The notes: generated by a model from the letters alone, not told the origin. Shown: positions 10,266 to 19,938, counted from the first letter of the stretch. The stretch: 59,369 nt of DNA from a virus (IMGVR_UViG_3300010052_000002:1-59369); one strand, 5' to 3'. Made by a program: numbers and translations.

Positions 10266-10453
10266 CAGTCAAAGATTACATGGATTGCCTCACGAAACTG
10301 GTTGAATCCGGTGAGGCGACGCTGGACACCGAAGTGGCCTCCGAGAGTCCAGTCTGGAACGAATGGATCGACGAACGGTTTCCAGTCGCGCGGGGGCCAG
10401 TTGTGGAGAAAGATCCAAGCGGCTCCGGCTATTCATGCGTGGTTCTGAAGTAA
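10262..10453 (+). CDS. Small hypothetical protein (MTVKDYMDCL...)
   Basis: ATGA coupling upstream and TAATG coupling downstream. Confidence 0.55.
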   Translation: MTVKDYMDCLTKLVESGEATLDTEVASESPVWNEWIDERFPVARGPVVEKDPSGSGYSCVVLK

Positions 10454-11127
10454 TGCAGACCCTCACCGGCAACATCCTGTCCAGCGATCGCCCCTACCAG
10501 GGCCAGGGGGCCAACGTCTACGTCGGCGTCGGCCGGGCCCGCTACCGGAAGACCCGCGTCATCAGCGGGCGCCTGACGCCCATGCGGAGCCGTTTCCGGG
10601 GCACCAAGACCGCCCGCGTCGCATCGCAGGCCGGCTCAGGCTCGCTGGAACTCTCCGTCAACCTGCCGCCGTCCCTGATCGACAACCCGCGAGCGGCATT
10701 CGACGTCCGCCCATACCGCGACGATTGCGAATGCGAGGTCGAGGCCCCGCAGTTGGTGGCGGTGGATTCCGACGGGGACGAGACATCGCACTTCAGCGGC
10801 CGGGCTGTCCTCATCACGGTTGAGACCCGCGTTGCCGGCAGCGTGCGACTGGCCTGGCGGTACATCCGCGGCACGGGAAGCCCGACCCGATTCCGCGTCT
10901 CGCGCGTGACGGGCCCGACATCCCCCGCGGCAGTGACCATCGGTTACGGCGCGCCGGGGGTCTACGAAGCCCGATTCAACGGCCTGTCCGCCGGGGCGTA
11001 CACGTTCCGGATCGTCGCGGAGAACGCCAACGGTTCCGTGACGCAGACGCTCATTGACGGGATCGCCGTGACGCCGGTTGTCGCCGGCCCGGCCGCGGTC
11101 ACTGGCCTTTCCGTGGAGGTGCGTTGA
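10453..11127 (+). CDS. Tail protein with C-terminal fibronectin type III-like domain
   Basis: Motifs VRLAW, GLSAGAYTFRIVAEN, PAAVTGL. Confidence 0.7.
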   Translation: MQTLTGNILSSDRPYQGQGANVYVGVGRARYRKTRVISGRLTPMRSRFRGTKTARVASQAGSGSLELSVNLPPSLIDNPRAAFDVRPYRDDCECEVEAPQLVAVDSDGDETSHFSGRAVLITVETRVAGSVRLAWRYIRGTGSPTRFRVSRVTGPTSPAAVTIGYGAPGVYEARFNGLSAGAYTFRIVAENANGSVTQTLIDGIAVTPVVAGPAAVTGLSVEVR

Positions 11128-13049
11128 TGAATCCCCCTCCGGTTCCGGACCCGACTATCCGCACGGCCGTCAAGCCGGTCGTCTACGGGAAGAACAAAGA
11201 GGCCCCGACCGCGAGCGATGAGCTCGAAGACTGGCGAGTGTTGGCGATTTCGAAGCCGGTCGGATCGGTTCCAACGTGCGAACTGATCCGCGACACCGGC
11301 ATCGATGGCGCGAACGTCCGCATCAAGGACATCCGCCTGGACGGCAAGGCCAACCACCGCATCGACGTTTGGGCCCTCAATGACGACGGCGAGCGAGAGA
11401 CGCTGTACTTCGCTGGTGAGGTGGTCGAAGAGCAGTTTGAAATCTCACCCGGAAACGAAGCGGAAACGGCCACGGCCACCGTGCCGCACTACTGGTTTGG
11501 GAAGTTCTGCAAAGGGCAGCCGGTTCTGGAGGGAGACCCGCCCGGGTCCCCGGCAACCTACGAAGAGGTCGAGGTCCACTATCCCATCGAGTTCAACCCG
11601 ATGGTCGATGGGAAGGTTATCAAGAATCGCAACCCCGGGGCCGGGAGGAGCTACAGCGTCTGCATCGACCCGGAGTCGACGCGAACAGAGGAAGCCCGCT
11701 CGATTCAGGGACTCGGCAGCAACGAAGCGTCGGAGTGGACGCTCCGAGAAGTCGTCCTGTTCCTGCTCAAGTACCTGAACCCGGACGAGGAGTTCATCAA
11801 GAACCCCGTCATCCCAGACGACTGGGCGGAAGAGGCCCCGCCGCTGAAGCACATCGTCATGGAGCCCGGGCACTACCTCTGCGACTACCTGACGATGGTT
11901 CTTCCGCCGTTTGGGTACGACTGGTGCCTCGACTTCATCATCGAGGGTGAAGCGGGTGAAGGGGAGGATGACAACCGCCACGGCAAGCCCATCATCCGGA
12001 TTATCGAGAAGACGGCCGGCGATAAGGTGACTCTCGACCTCGACGCCATTGGCGAGCCGATCGAGAAGTCGAACATGATCTCGTGCGCGATCGCGTACAA
12101 CATCGGAAACATCCGCAACAAGATCACCGGCCGCGGCAGCCTCATCGAGTACGAATTCACCCTGCCGCTGCATCGCGCGTGGGAGGAAAGTGCGGACGGT
12201 AGCTGGAACGAGGAAGTCACCACGGACCCCATCGGCCGCAAGCTCATCGCGAACATCTCCGGCGACTACACGGGCCTGCGACCGGAGATTAACGAAGTGG
12301 TCGACCTGGGAGTCGACTACATCCCCAAGCGGCGGCGACCGGAGGATTGCCTCCGCTGGCGAGACAGCGTTCGGGGGATGCGGATGCACCCGGTTCTGGA
12401 GTTCTCGGACGACGCCGGCGAAACGTGGACGGAGGTCACGTCGGACTGGCATCCGCTCCCTGATGAGATGGGCGTCTGGTTCAGCAAGCCGCCGACGGAG
12501 ATTCTGGACTTGGGCATTGCCGACGGGCGGTTCCGGCTGACCTGCACCATTCCCAGCGACTACTGCGTCGAAGCGGAGTACGACGACACCGAGCACAGCA
12601 TCAACGGTCGAACGGTCGAGGCGCTGGTCAACGTCGAGCGGCGGTTCCACTTCCGGCAGCGCAAGACGAGCGGGCCTTACGAATCGGTCACGACGGCCGG
12701 TAGTAGCGGCTCCGACATGGTCGACGATTCTGCCGACGTAGGCGAGGACCCAGGGCCCCTGCAGGAGTACGTAGACCGCATCGGAGAGATCATGGGGGCC
12801 GCCACTGTCGGCATCACGCCGGTGATCCACGGAATCGACCTGTTCTACCGCCTGGGCGACCTGGTGGCGGAGATCTCCGGCCGCAACATCTCCCTCAACT
12901 GCCTGAGCGCGTCGGCCGACAAGCGGCGTTACCCGCAGATTTCCGGCATCACTTACGACTTCAAGGAAGGGACTCAGCAGACCACGCTCACCGTCACGCC
13001 GTTCTCGTCCAACAACCCTGACGAGCGAATCCGGAGGCGGCACAAATGA
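11124..13049 (+). CDS. Putative baseplate hub/tail tip protein
   Basis: 641 aa acidic protein; C-terminal YRLGDLV...ISGITYD...TTL pattern typical of hub proteins. Confidence 0.6.
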   Translation: MMNPPPVPDPTIRTAVKPVVYGKNKEAPTASDELEDWRVLAISKPVGSVPTCELIRDTGIDGANVRIKDIRLDGKANHRIDVWALNDDGERETLYFAGEVVEEQFEISPGNEAETATATVPHYWFGKFCKGQPVLEGDPPGSPATYEEVEVHYPIEFNPMVDGKVIKNRNPGAGRSYSVCIDPESTRTEEARSIQGLGSNEASEWTLREVVLFLLKYLNPDEEFIKNPVIPDDWAEEAPPLKHIVMEPGHYLCDYLTMVLPPFGYDWCLDFIIEGEAGEGEDDNRHGKPIIRIIEKTAGDKVTLDLDAIGEPIEKSNMISCAIAYNIGNIRNKITGRGSLIEYEFTLPLHRAWEESADGSWNEEVTTDPIGRKLIANISGDYTGLRPEINEVVDLGVDYIPKRRRPEDCLRWRDSVRGMRMHPVLEFSDDAGETWTEVTSDWHPLPDEMGVWFSKPPTEILDLGIADGRFRLTCTIPSDYCVEAEYDDTEHSINGRTVEALVNVERRFHFRQRKTSGPYESVTTAGSSGSDMVDDSADVGEDPGPLQEYVDRIGEIMGAATVGITPVIHGIDLFYRLGDLVAEISGRNISLNCLSASADKRRYPQISGITYDFKEGTQQTTLTVTPFSSNNPDERIRRRHK

Positions 13050-13633
13050 GCGGGTACGAACAGCGCCTCAATCGCCACAGCGTCAGCCGTCGCACGGCTG
13101 GCGGCACGTCTCCGAATGAGCAGTTCACGAACCGCCGCGTCTACAGCCGACGGGAAGCCATCATTCCCCATTTCGGTGGCGGCGGGGGAGTCTCCGGCGA
13201 CGGCTGCGGTGATTGTTCGACGTTCGCCGGCGAACTGACTGTTGACCTGACGTTCCTTGAGACCGCGTTCTACGCCGCGGAGTACTACCGCTGGAATCCG
13301 TTCTGCAACGGGCAGGTCGACATCCTGTTCCGCTTCGACCCGGGGTCTAGCGCCGAAGTGGGAATCTGGCTGCCGACAGTGTCGTCCTCGCTGGAATGCG
13401 TGGCTGAGTCCACCGTGGCCTTCACGGCCTACATGCAGGTGACGAGCGGCCTGCCCGGCGACGTGAAAATCTTCCTGTCTGACGGCACGAACACCTGGCA
13501 CTTCGAAGCTGAAGTCGCGTGGCAGGGAGACCAGAACACGCCAATGCTGCTCAGCTCCGGCCCGCAAGGCTGCCCGTGCGCCCCGTTCAAGCAGTTCCCC
13601 TGCCTGCGGCCAGTGCCGCCGCCGGAGGAATAG
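13046..13633 (+). CDS. Putative tail tip protein
   Basis: Coupled ORF, Cys-containing. Confidence 0.55.
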   Translation: MSGYEQRLNRHSVSRRTAGGTSPNEQFTNRRVYSRREAIIPHFGGGGGVSGDGCGDCSTFAGELTVDLTFLETAFYAAEYYRWNPFCNGQVDILFRFDPGSSAEVGIWLPTVSSSLECVAESTVAFTAYMQVTSGLPGDVKIFLSDGTNTWHFEAEVAWQGDQNTPMLLSSGPQGCPCAPFKQFPCLRPVPPPEE

Positions 13634-13636
13634 CCC

Positions 13637-15316
13637 GTGCCTCATCCGGGGAAAAGGAAATCGTGCGGAGTGCTGGGGACGGCGGCGCTGGGCCGGATCC
13701 CGGTGTCGTCGAGCAACACTCAGGCGTGGCCGACCTACCTCGCTGAGATGCAATGCGTGGGGGCGTTCCCGCTTCGGCGCTGGGGCGATGAATGGTTGAA
13801 CGTCAGCCCGCACCCGGAAGAACCAATCGAGTTCGACGCGGTGCTGGTTGAGGACGCCCCCCCGACGCCGTGTGTTGTCCGAATGACGGAGACGGGAACG
13901 GCCCGCGGTGCCGTGAAACTTGAGATGGCCCGCGCAGCTGGCGGCATGGTTGCGGAATACCGGAACCTTGCCCTCTGGCAGCCGAATGTCGCGACGTGGT
14001 TCAAGCTGGTCAACTTCGACCGGGCGGCGACGGCCCTGAAGTGGGCTCCGTACATCCAGGTCTTGCCGCGGGCAGTCTACAACTGCCGAAACGTGCACGG
14101 CGGGGCGAAGGTCTATGGCTGGACGATTGGCATCCCTGACACTGGGCAGGGTGGCTTGGAGCCCTATGACGAGATTGACCATTCGTCGGAACCACCTGAT
14201 GAACTGGAGGATGGCGACTGCGGCGGCTGCGGCTTCAAGGGGGTCATTGGCGACGTTCGCGTCGACCTTTGTCTGGCATGGACGACATCGACCACCGGCA
14301 ATCTCTTGCTTCAGCTCGGCGACCTTGCAGGCGGTGCGGTGTTCAACGCCCCGATCGATGGCTCTCCCATCGAGATTGAATACGAATTCGTCGGGGGAGG
14401 CACAGTCACCGTCACGGCGACCCCGCTCCTGGAGGGCACGCCCTTCGGAAGCATCCCCTGCAACACGCCCGGGAGCTGCTACGGAATCTCGACGTGGATC
14501 ATGCGCCGGAGGTGCCACGCCGGCGGCTACGCGCAATACAAATGGGAACTGCAGTCCAGCGATTGCAGCGGCCGTTGCGAAACCCCGGTCTGCCGGCCGA
14601 AAGAGCCGTGGCCGTTGCTCCCGGGGCTAGTGTCGGATGAGGACGCGGAGGATCTCGGATACTTCGCCTACGTCGATGCTGAACCGGTCAACGGCGCGTG
14701 CCAGTGCGGACCGGAGCCGCCAGCACCGGACTGCGTAGAAGGGTGCTCCGCGTGGACGATGCGGAGATTACTCTGCACTGGCGCGCAGGTTCGATACATC
14801 TACCTGTGGGAACCGCTGCCCGAGAGCTGCGATGGCGTGTGTGGCAGCGGGAACCCCTGTTATCCAACGCCTCCGTTTGAGCTTCCCCTAGGGCCGCTGA
14901 CCGACGCGGAGGCGGAGGAGTGGTCTGGAGGAAACCTGCTGGAGATGGTCGACAGTGATTTTGCGGGCGGGTGCTCCTGCTCTGGCGATCCGTACGAAAG
15001 TCCGGAATGTCCGGTCGTTTGCGAAGGCGTGTGCGACTACAACATCGTGGGCTACGCCTCCGACAATGGCACGTTCGGAATCCAGACCGGCGACCGCACC
15101 GTCGCGATCACGCATGACGGCACTCCGTCGGGGAACGAGCAGGGGACGGTTTACCTTCAGTTGATTGCCAACAACTGCACCGACATGGAGGACTGCGGCT
15201 GCTCAAACGCCACGCTCTATAGCACGAAGGCGGCGTTCTGGCCTGGAGGGGAATTCCCGAGCGATGGGTCAGCACTCGGTCAGGGCCGCGTCTATGACTG
15301 CGAGGACCTTTCGTGA
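13637..15316 (+). CDS. Cysteine-rich tail/receptor-binding protein with tandem repeats of about 80 aa
   Basis: 30 Cys in 559 aa; two aligned W.MRR..C...W...C.G.C...G.C.C repeats. Confidence 0.65.
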   Translation: MPHPGKRKSCGVLGTAALGRIPVSSSNTQAWPTYLAEMQCVGAFPLRRWGDEWLNVSPHPEEPIEFDAVLVEDAPPTPCVVRMTETGTARGAVKLEMARAAGGMVAEYRNLALWQPNVATWFKLVNFDRAATALKWAPYIQVLPRAVYNCRNVHGGAKVYGWTIGIPDTGQGGLEPYDEIDHSSEPPDELEDGDCGGCGFKGVIGDVRVDLCLAWTTSTTGNLLLQLGDLAGGAVFNAPIDGSPIEIEYEFVGGGTVTVTATPLLEGTPFGSIPCNTPGSCYGISTWIMRRRCHAGGYAQYKWELQSSDCSGRCETPVCRPKEPWPLLPGLVSDEDAEDLGYFAYVDAEPVNGACQCGPEPPAPDCVEGCSAWTMRRLLCTGAQVRYIYLWEPLPESCDGVCGSGNPCYPTPPFELPLGPLTDAEAEEWSGGNLLEMVDSDFAGGCSCSGDPYESPECPVVCEGVCDYNIVGYASDNGTFGIQTGDRTVAITHDGTPSGNEQGTVYLQLIANNCTDMEDCGCSNATLYSTKAAFWPGGEFPSDGSALGQGRVYDCEDLS

Positions 15317-15864
15317 CCTGCCCGTACCTCACAGCCGGCCGATGCGCCCTCGCGGAAAGCGTTGTCCGGCGGGCGATCGGGATCCCTCTGGAATGTCCGG
15401 CCTCCGAGGCGTCATGCCGCCGATGCCAGACCGCAGGGCCAGCGGTGGAGGAATCGCCGTCGGTGGCCTGCCTCGGCTGCGCGACGCGGGTGATTCCGCC
15501 GGACCGGAAAGCTCAATGGTCAGCGGCGATGGCGGCGATGGTTATCGATAGCGGGCCGGTGACGGCGACGCCCGCCAGTCGGATCAGCCCGGAACGCCCA
15601 CGCTCGACGACGATCACGACGTGCATCCACCGTGGCGAGTCCATCGAAACTTTCGCCTGCGGCTGCTCAGGGTCCGGGCGGCGCGACATCTTCGCGTGTG
15701 CCGTCGCCGGGAAATGCTGCCTGGAGGGCAAGCACGTCGAGCGAGCCGTCGAGTATCTGCGGAAAGGCGGCCACGGAAAGGAAGACCGCAAGGTCCGCGG
15801 CTGCGACGCCTGCCCGGACGCACTTCCGCTGGTGAAGCTCAGCGACTTGCTATCACTCGGATAG
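15313..15864 (+). CDS. Cysteine-rich hypothetical protein (last gene of tail operon)
   Basis: 15 Cys in 183 aa with several CxxC; GTGA coupling. Confidence 0.65.
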   Translation: MTCPYLTAGRCALAESVVRRAIGIPLECPASEASCRRCQTAGPAVEESPSVACLGCATRVIPPDRKAQWSAAMAAMVIDSGPVTATPASRISPERPRSTTITTCIHRGESIETFACGCSGSGRRDIFACAVAGKCCLEGKHVERAVEYLRKGGHGKEDRKVRGCDACPDALPLVKLSDLLSLG

Positions 15865-16113
15865 CCAGTGCTCAATTGCCGCAGCCCACGACACGTCAGG
15901 CCGCGGTTCGCCGTAAAAGTCTTCGAGGCATTCCTGGCATTGATAGGCCGTACTCTCTGGGCTTGTCTGCCGGACGCCCGTCTTGTCGGACTGGCATCGC
16001 GGGCAGCGAGGTAGCCGTGGGCCGATCGCGACAAGGGACACAACAAGGACGAGGACTCCCGCCAGCAGCGCGGCTGCGGTTGCCCCGACGATCACACGAC
16101 GCCCGGTATTCAT
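15853..16113 (-). CDS. Small membrane protein with zinc ribbon
   Basis: N-terminal hydrophobic helix, then CPRC...CQEC. Confidence 0.6.
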   Translation of the reverse strand: MNTGRRVIVGATAAALLAGVLVLVVSLVAIGPRLPRCPRCQSDKTGVRQTSPESTAYQCQECLEDFYGEPRPDVSWAAAIEHWLSE

Positions 16114-16130
16114 AAGCCTGCCCTTTCAGT

Positions 16131-16139
16131 TGGTACAAT
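16131..16139 (+). promoter_or_regulatory. Possible extended -10 promoter for the 16258 moron
   Basis: TGGTACAAT fits TGnTAnnnT in a divergent intergenic region. Confidence 0.35.
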
Positions 16140-16257
16140 CACCGAGAACGCGGCCACCTGTCAACGAGGATCAAACAATCCGCCGCCGCTCTGGACCGAT
16201 AGCGGCCGAAAGTCACATAATCCCGGCCGGTGAACTATTCACACGAGGGCCCGGGCG

Positions 16258-17076
16258 ATGGCTGGCGGCGACACTTTCGTTTGGCGATGCCCGACGTGCG
16301 CGAAGGCGTTCCGGCTGAAGGCGGGGAAGAAGGCGCCGAAGCAGTGCCCGAAGTGTGACGAGGCGGACGCCATTCGGTTTTTCAATGAGGAGACCACGCC
16401 GGCGGAAGTGGCCCATCCTGCCCCGCCTCAGCCGCGGCAAACCTTCGACGTTGAAGAGCCACCGCCACGCCCGGTCAGCCCGCCAGCGAAGCCGGCCCGC
16501 GAAGTGGTGGTCAAAGAATTCGTCCCTCCCCCGAAGATCCACGGCCCAAGGCTGCCGGGGGCCGGACTCATCGTTCGGGTCATCACGCTGCCCCTGGCGC
16601 TCTTCGCGATGTGGTGGACCTGGGGGCATCCTCCGCAGTTCCCCCTCTACTACCTGACGTACGTGGCCGCAGTGGTACTCGCTGCCTGGGCAGGCTCGTG
16701 GCTGTGGCGGCGATCACTCACGTCTCGACTTCTCGCCGTGACGACCGCCATCGCTGTGTACGGTGCGACCTATCTCGTCATCCAGCGGAACGCGGCGTAT
16801 CGAATGCGGCAGTTCCTTGAGGGGCGGACCGTCACGACGTCATACCGTCGAAACGGCAAGCCGTACTTTCAGGTGATCGAGCTGCCGCGCGAGCCTGGCG
16901 AGACGGAGACTCGCGCGATGGGCTGGGGGCCGCTCAGCGAGAACGGCCGGTATCACGGCGTCTGTTACGTGCAGGTCCGCGAACAGGACGGCACAATCTC
17001 AACGAAGCAAATCTGGCGATGGGAGGGCGACGAGGTCACAGAGCAGGAGTGGAAGCTGCGTGACGAGGGAAAGTGA
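16258..17076 (+). CDS. Zn-ribbon, Pro-rich linker, 3-TM membrane protein (moron)
   Basis: CPTC...CPKC, Pro-rich stretch and three hydrophobic segments; an architecture common in planctomycetes. Confidence 0.75.
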   Translation: MAGGDTFVWRCPTCAKAFRLKAGKKAPKQCPKCDEADAIRFFNEETTPAEVAHPAPPQPRQTFDVEEPPPRPVSPPAKPAREVVVKEFVPPPKIHGPRLPGAGLIVRVITLPLALFAMWWTWGHPPQFPLYYLTYVAAVVLAAWAGSWLWRRSLTSRLLAVTTAIAVYGATYLVIQRNAAYRMRQFLEGRTVTTSYRRNGKPYFQVIELPREPGETETRAMGWGPLSENGRYHGVCYVQVREQDGTISTKQIWRWEGDEVTEQEWKLRDEGK

Positions 17077-18044
17077 GCCCCACAGCTTGCGTCTCTGTAC
17101 ACTACCGCGCGCTACATTTTGGCTAGAAGAAACGCTGGACAAGAGCGTCAGTTGCCGACATCTTGTACACCATCAAGAACGAGCTGAACGAACCTGCGAC
17201 GCTCCACGGCCTGGAGGCTCTGGCGTCGCGAAGCAGACGTAATCGAGGGCCGGGCCATGACGGTCAATGAGCTGTTGAAGAGGGCTGTTGTGCTGCCGCC
17301 GACGATTGCCGCCGCATGTGATCCGCGCCTCTGCCGCGGGCTGGCCAACCTGGGCAGGTCGGCAAACTCTCTGCGTTCTCGCGATGCTGCGGCCGGGGCC
17401 TGACGGGTTTCCCCGACACCGCCTCAGTTTCCACGCGGCGGCATATTGTCCGACCATTTCTCGCCTGTTCAGATGATGCCCTCGGGCTGTTCAATTACTT
17501 GAACTCTGCACACGAAGGGTCAACGCATGAACGCGAGAATCCTCTGGCGGAAGTGGCGGGCGAGGCTGCTGGTTGTGGTGCTGACGGGGCGATGATTCGG
17601 GGCGGTTGCAACTGAAACAAAGCGACCGTCACTTGACAATATGCCGCAGTTGAGCGAAGAAACGGCACGCCCCAGAAGGAGGTAGTTCACACCTCCAACG
17701 GGAGCGGGCTTTCGCACACCCCGGGTCGTGACACCCAGGAGCTGCCGTGTTTTCTCGGATGGATCCGACGAAGCGCATCTTCCATGCGCCGGGCCTCGCT
17801 CGACCGCCGCCGGTCTGTGATCGCGGTACGCCTATTCGGTCCGCTCCGCGATGTCCTGAAACGAGAAAACCCCCAAACGAATTTGCACTTCGCTTGAGGG
17901 CCTTGATTCTCGGTGATTCAACCCGCTGAACGATTTGCACTCGTCCAGCGGGGCATCTCTCAGGTTCGTTGCTCGCGGTTTGACTATTCCCTGCCAGGAA
18001 AAAATCACGTCCGTCGGGCGTGAACGTAGAGAGTGCGCGCGAAA

Positions 18045-18542
18045 ATGTCAACCACTTCTCAGAAACACAACCCTTTCCCCTACTGCCCGGAGCTGCCTCA
18101 GGACGGCAAGTGGACCGACTCGCAGTGGGCAAAGTTTTTGACCGACGCCCGCGTCGACGATTCGCCAAACAGGAAATCGCGGGTCGTAACGGTGCGTGCG
18201 TTTCGAGCCACGGTGAAGCGACTTGGAATCCGACATCGAATGCGATTCGGAGTGATGATTGTTGATGCAGAGGACTTCTATGACGACGCCATCGAGGACG
18301 CCGAAGAAGAAGACGAAGTCGAAGAGGGAGAACGGAGAGGGGACGTTCTGGAAGCGCCCAAACGGAACGTGGGTCGCGACCGTGACGATTCCCAACAGCG
18401 GGGGGAAACGCCTGAGCGTCTCGGCGCCAAGTCGGGACGCAATAAAAGTCGAACTGGACACGCTGAAGGATCTGGCGAGGCGCAAGGGAAGCGACCTCGC
18501 AAAGGCCGTGGAGCGAAAGAAGAACCGCCCGTTGACGGTTAG
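18045..18542 (+). CDS. Hypothetical protein overlapping the integrase 5' end (possible winged-helix/RDF-like N-terminus)
   Basis: ATG 18045; ordered N-terminal 80 aa, then a low-complexity tail inside int. Confidence 0.45.
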   Translation: MSTTSQKHNPFPYCPELPQDGKWTDSQWAKFLTDARVDDSPNRKSRVVTVRAFRATVKRLGIRHRMRFGVMIVDAEDFYDDAIEDAEEEDEVEEGERRGDVLEAPKRNVGRDRDDSQQRGETPERLGAKSGRNKSRTGHAEGSGEAQGKRPRKGRGAKEEPPVDG

Positions 18543-19503
18543 GGATGTCGCCACCGCCTACCTGAAGGATCTGCAGGCCGACACCGCGAAGGGTGAGGGA
18601 ACGCACGGGTGGTACAAGCGTTTCCTCACCTCGCTGTGCGAATACGAATTGACCCCCGGGCGGAAACTTGGGGATCGGCAGTTCGTTGACCTGCGCAAAG
18701 ACCACCTCAAGAAGTGGATTGCGACGAACACGTCGCCTCGCCCGGGGGAGCCCGGAAAGCCAGACAAGCCTCCACGCTGGAAGAAGTCGAACACCATCCG
18801 AGCGGCTGCCCGTTCGGTCGCCGCGATGTGCAACTGGGCAGTTGACTCGGATGGGGAGGACTACGAGCACGTCCACCGATCGCCGATTCATGGATTCGAA
18901 AAGGCGGCCGCTGAGGCTCGCGAATGCGACCTGTCCGCGGACGAGTGGAAAAGGCTGATTCGAAGCCAAGAGGGCAGTACGCAAATGAAGACGGATTTCC
19001 GCGAGGCAATCCTGTTCATGCGGCTGACGGGCTGCCGGCCGGGAGAGATGCGGCTCGCGGAGAAGCGGCACTTCGACCCAACCATTCCCGCGATCGTTTA
19101 TCCGGCGTCGGAGTGGAAGTGTGGAAAGAAATCCAAGTCGCCGAAGGATCGGGTGATTCGACTTCCGGGCGAGGCCCTGGTGATCATCCAGAAGCGTTGC
19201 TTGAAGTACCCGACCGGGAAGTTGTTCCGCGGGAAGAGCGACAAGCGATGGACCAAGGACATGCTTGCCCGGCGATTCAAGAGGCTCTCGGCTCCTGACA
19301 AGCTCAATATTCCGCACCTGGTGCCGTACAGCCTTCGACACACTTACGCGACGGACATGGCCTTCCGGATCGAGAATCCGATGATTCTGGCCGACCTGAT
19401 GGGAACGAGCGTGAAAATGCTCGAAACCGTCTATGCGAAGGTCCGCAAGCGGCAAGACCTGATGGGGCAGGCCGCCGCCAAGGCAATCGAGGGGATCGCG
19501 TGA
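18280..19503 (+). CDS. int: Tyrosine integrase
   Basis: N-terminal arm domain (RENGEGT...G.WVA), LTGCRPGE, YSLRHTYAT, LMGT, VYAK; adjacent to a tRNA-derived att site. Confidence 0.93.
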   Translation: MTTPSRTPKKKTKSKRENGEGTFWKRPNGTWVATVTIPNSGGKRLSVSAPSRDAIKVELDTLKDLARRKGSDLAKAVERKKNRPLTVRDVATAYLKDLQADTAKGEGTHGWYKRFLTSLCEYELTPGRKLGDRQFVDLRKDHLKKWIATNTSPRPGEPGKPDKPPRWKKSNTIRAAARSVAAMCNWAVDSDGEDYEHVHRSPIHGFEKAAAEARECDLSADEWKRLIRSQEGSTQMKTDFREAILFMRLTGCRPGEMRLAEKRHFDPTIPAIVYPASEWKCGKKSKSPKDRVIRLPGEALVIIQKRCLKYPTGKLFRGKSDKRWTKDMLARRFKRLSAPDKLNIPHLVPYSLRHTYATDMAFRIENPMILADLMGTSVKMLETVYAKVRKRQDLMGQAAAKAIEGIA

Positions 19504-19574
19504 ACCGCCCATTGCTTTCGCTGGAAAGAAACGACCCGGTTGCAACAGTGTTACAACCGAGTCGCCGTAAGTAG

Positions 19575-19619
19575 TCGGGCTGGCGGGATTTGAACCCACG
19601 ACCTCTTGCACCCCAAGCA
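19575..19619 (-). other. attP core: 3' half of tRNA-Pro(GGG)
   Basis: Reverse strand reads TGC-TTGGGGT-GCAAG AGGTC GTGGGTTCAAATCCCGC CAGCCCG A (anticodon loop, T-arm, acceptor 3' strand). No 5' half is present. Confidence 0.88.
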
Positions 19620-19938
19620 GGAGGTCAGTTGCGTTTTGGCTAGGCGAATTGCTAGCGCAACACGCCCCTTTCTTCCGGGATTCGTCAGCCGCCAACACCG
19701 CATAGTTCCGCACGTTTCCGCATCATTCACGATTCGTTGCAACATCGAGTTGCAGCGCGGTGCGGACCGATTCTTGAGGGCCGCTCGCCATTGCGGCGAA
19801 ACGCTGTCAACACCGCTTTCGACCTCGCGAGTACGCATGCAGACGCTCCCAGCACTCTTTTAAGCGCTGGCAGAACGCGATTGCGCCGACTCCCGGAAAC
19901 CGTGCTTACAACCCTCCTCACACGAGTGAGGGAAAGAC

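Noticed and set aside
7658-15864. Diversity-generating retroelement or invertible tail-fibre cassette
   Set aside because: No reverse transcriptase, invertase or near-identical nucleotide repeat pair was seen; the repeats are diverged and visible only at protein level.
19575-19660. Complete tRNA-Pro gene
   Set aside because: Only the anticodon loop to 3' end is present, with no D-arm or 5' acceptor strand, so it is called attP.
17629-19713. 694-aa minus-strand ORF, and similar long antisense ORFs (398-1480, 11445-13043, 12974-14536, 58151-59269)
   Set aside because: These are shadow frames opposite well-supported genes in high-GC DNA; the translations are Arg/Pro-rich with no motifs.
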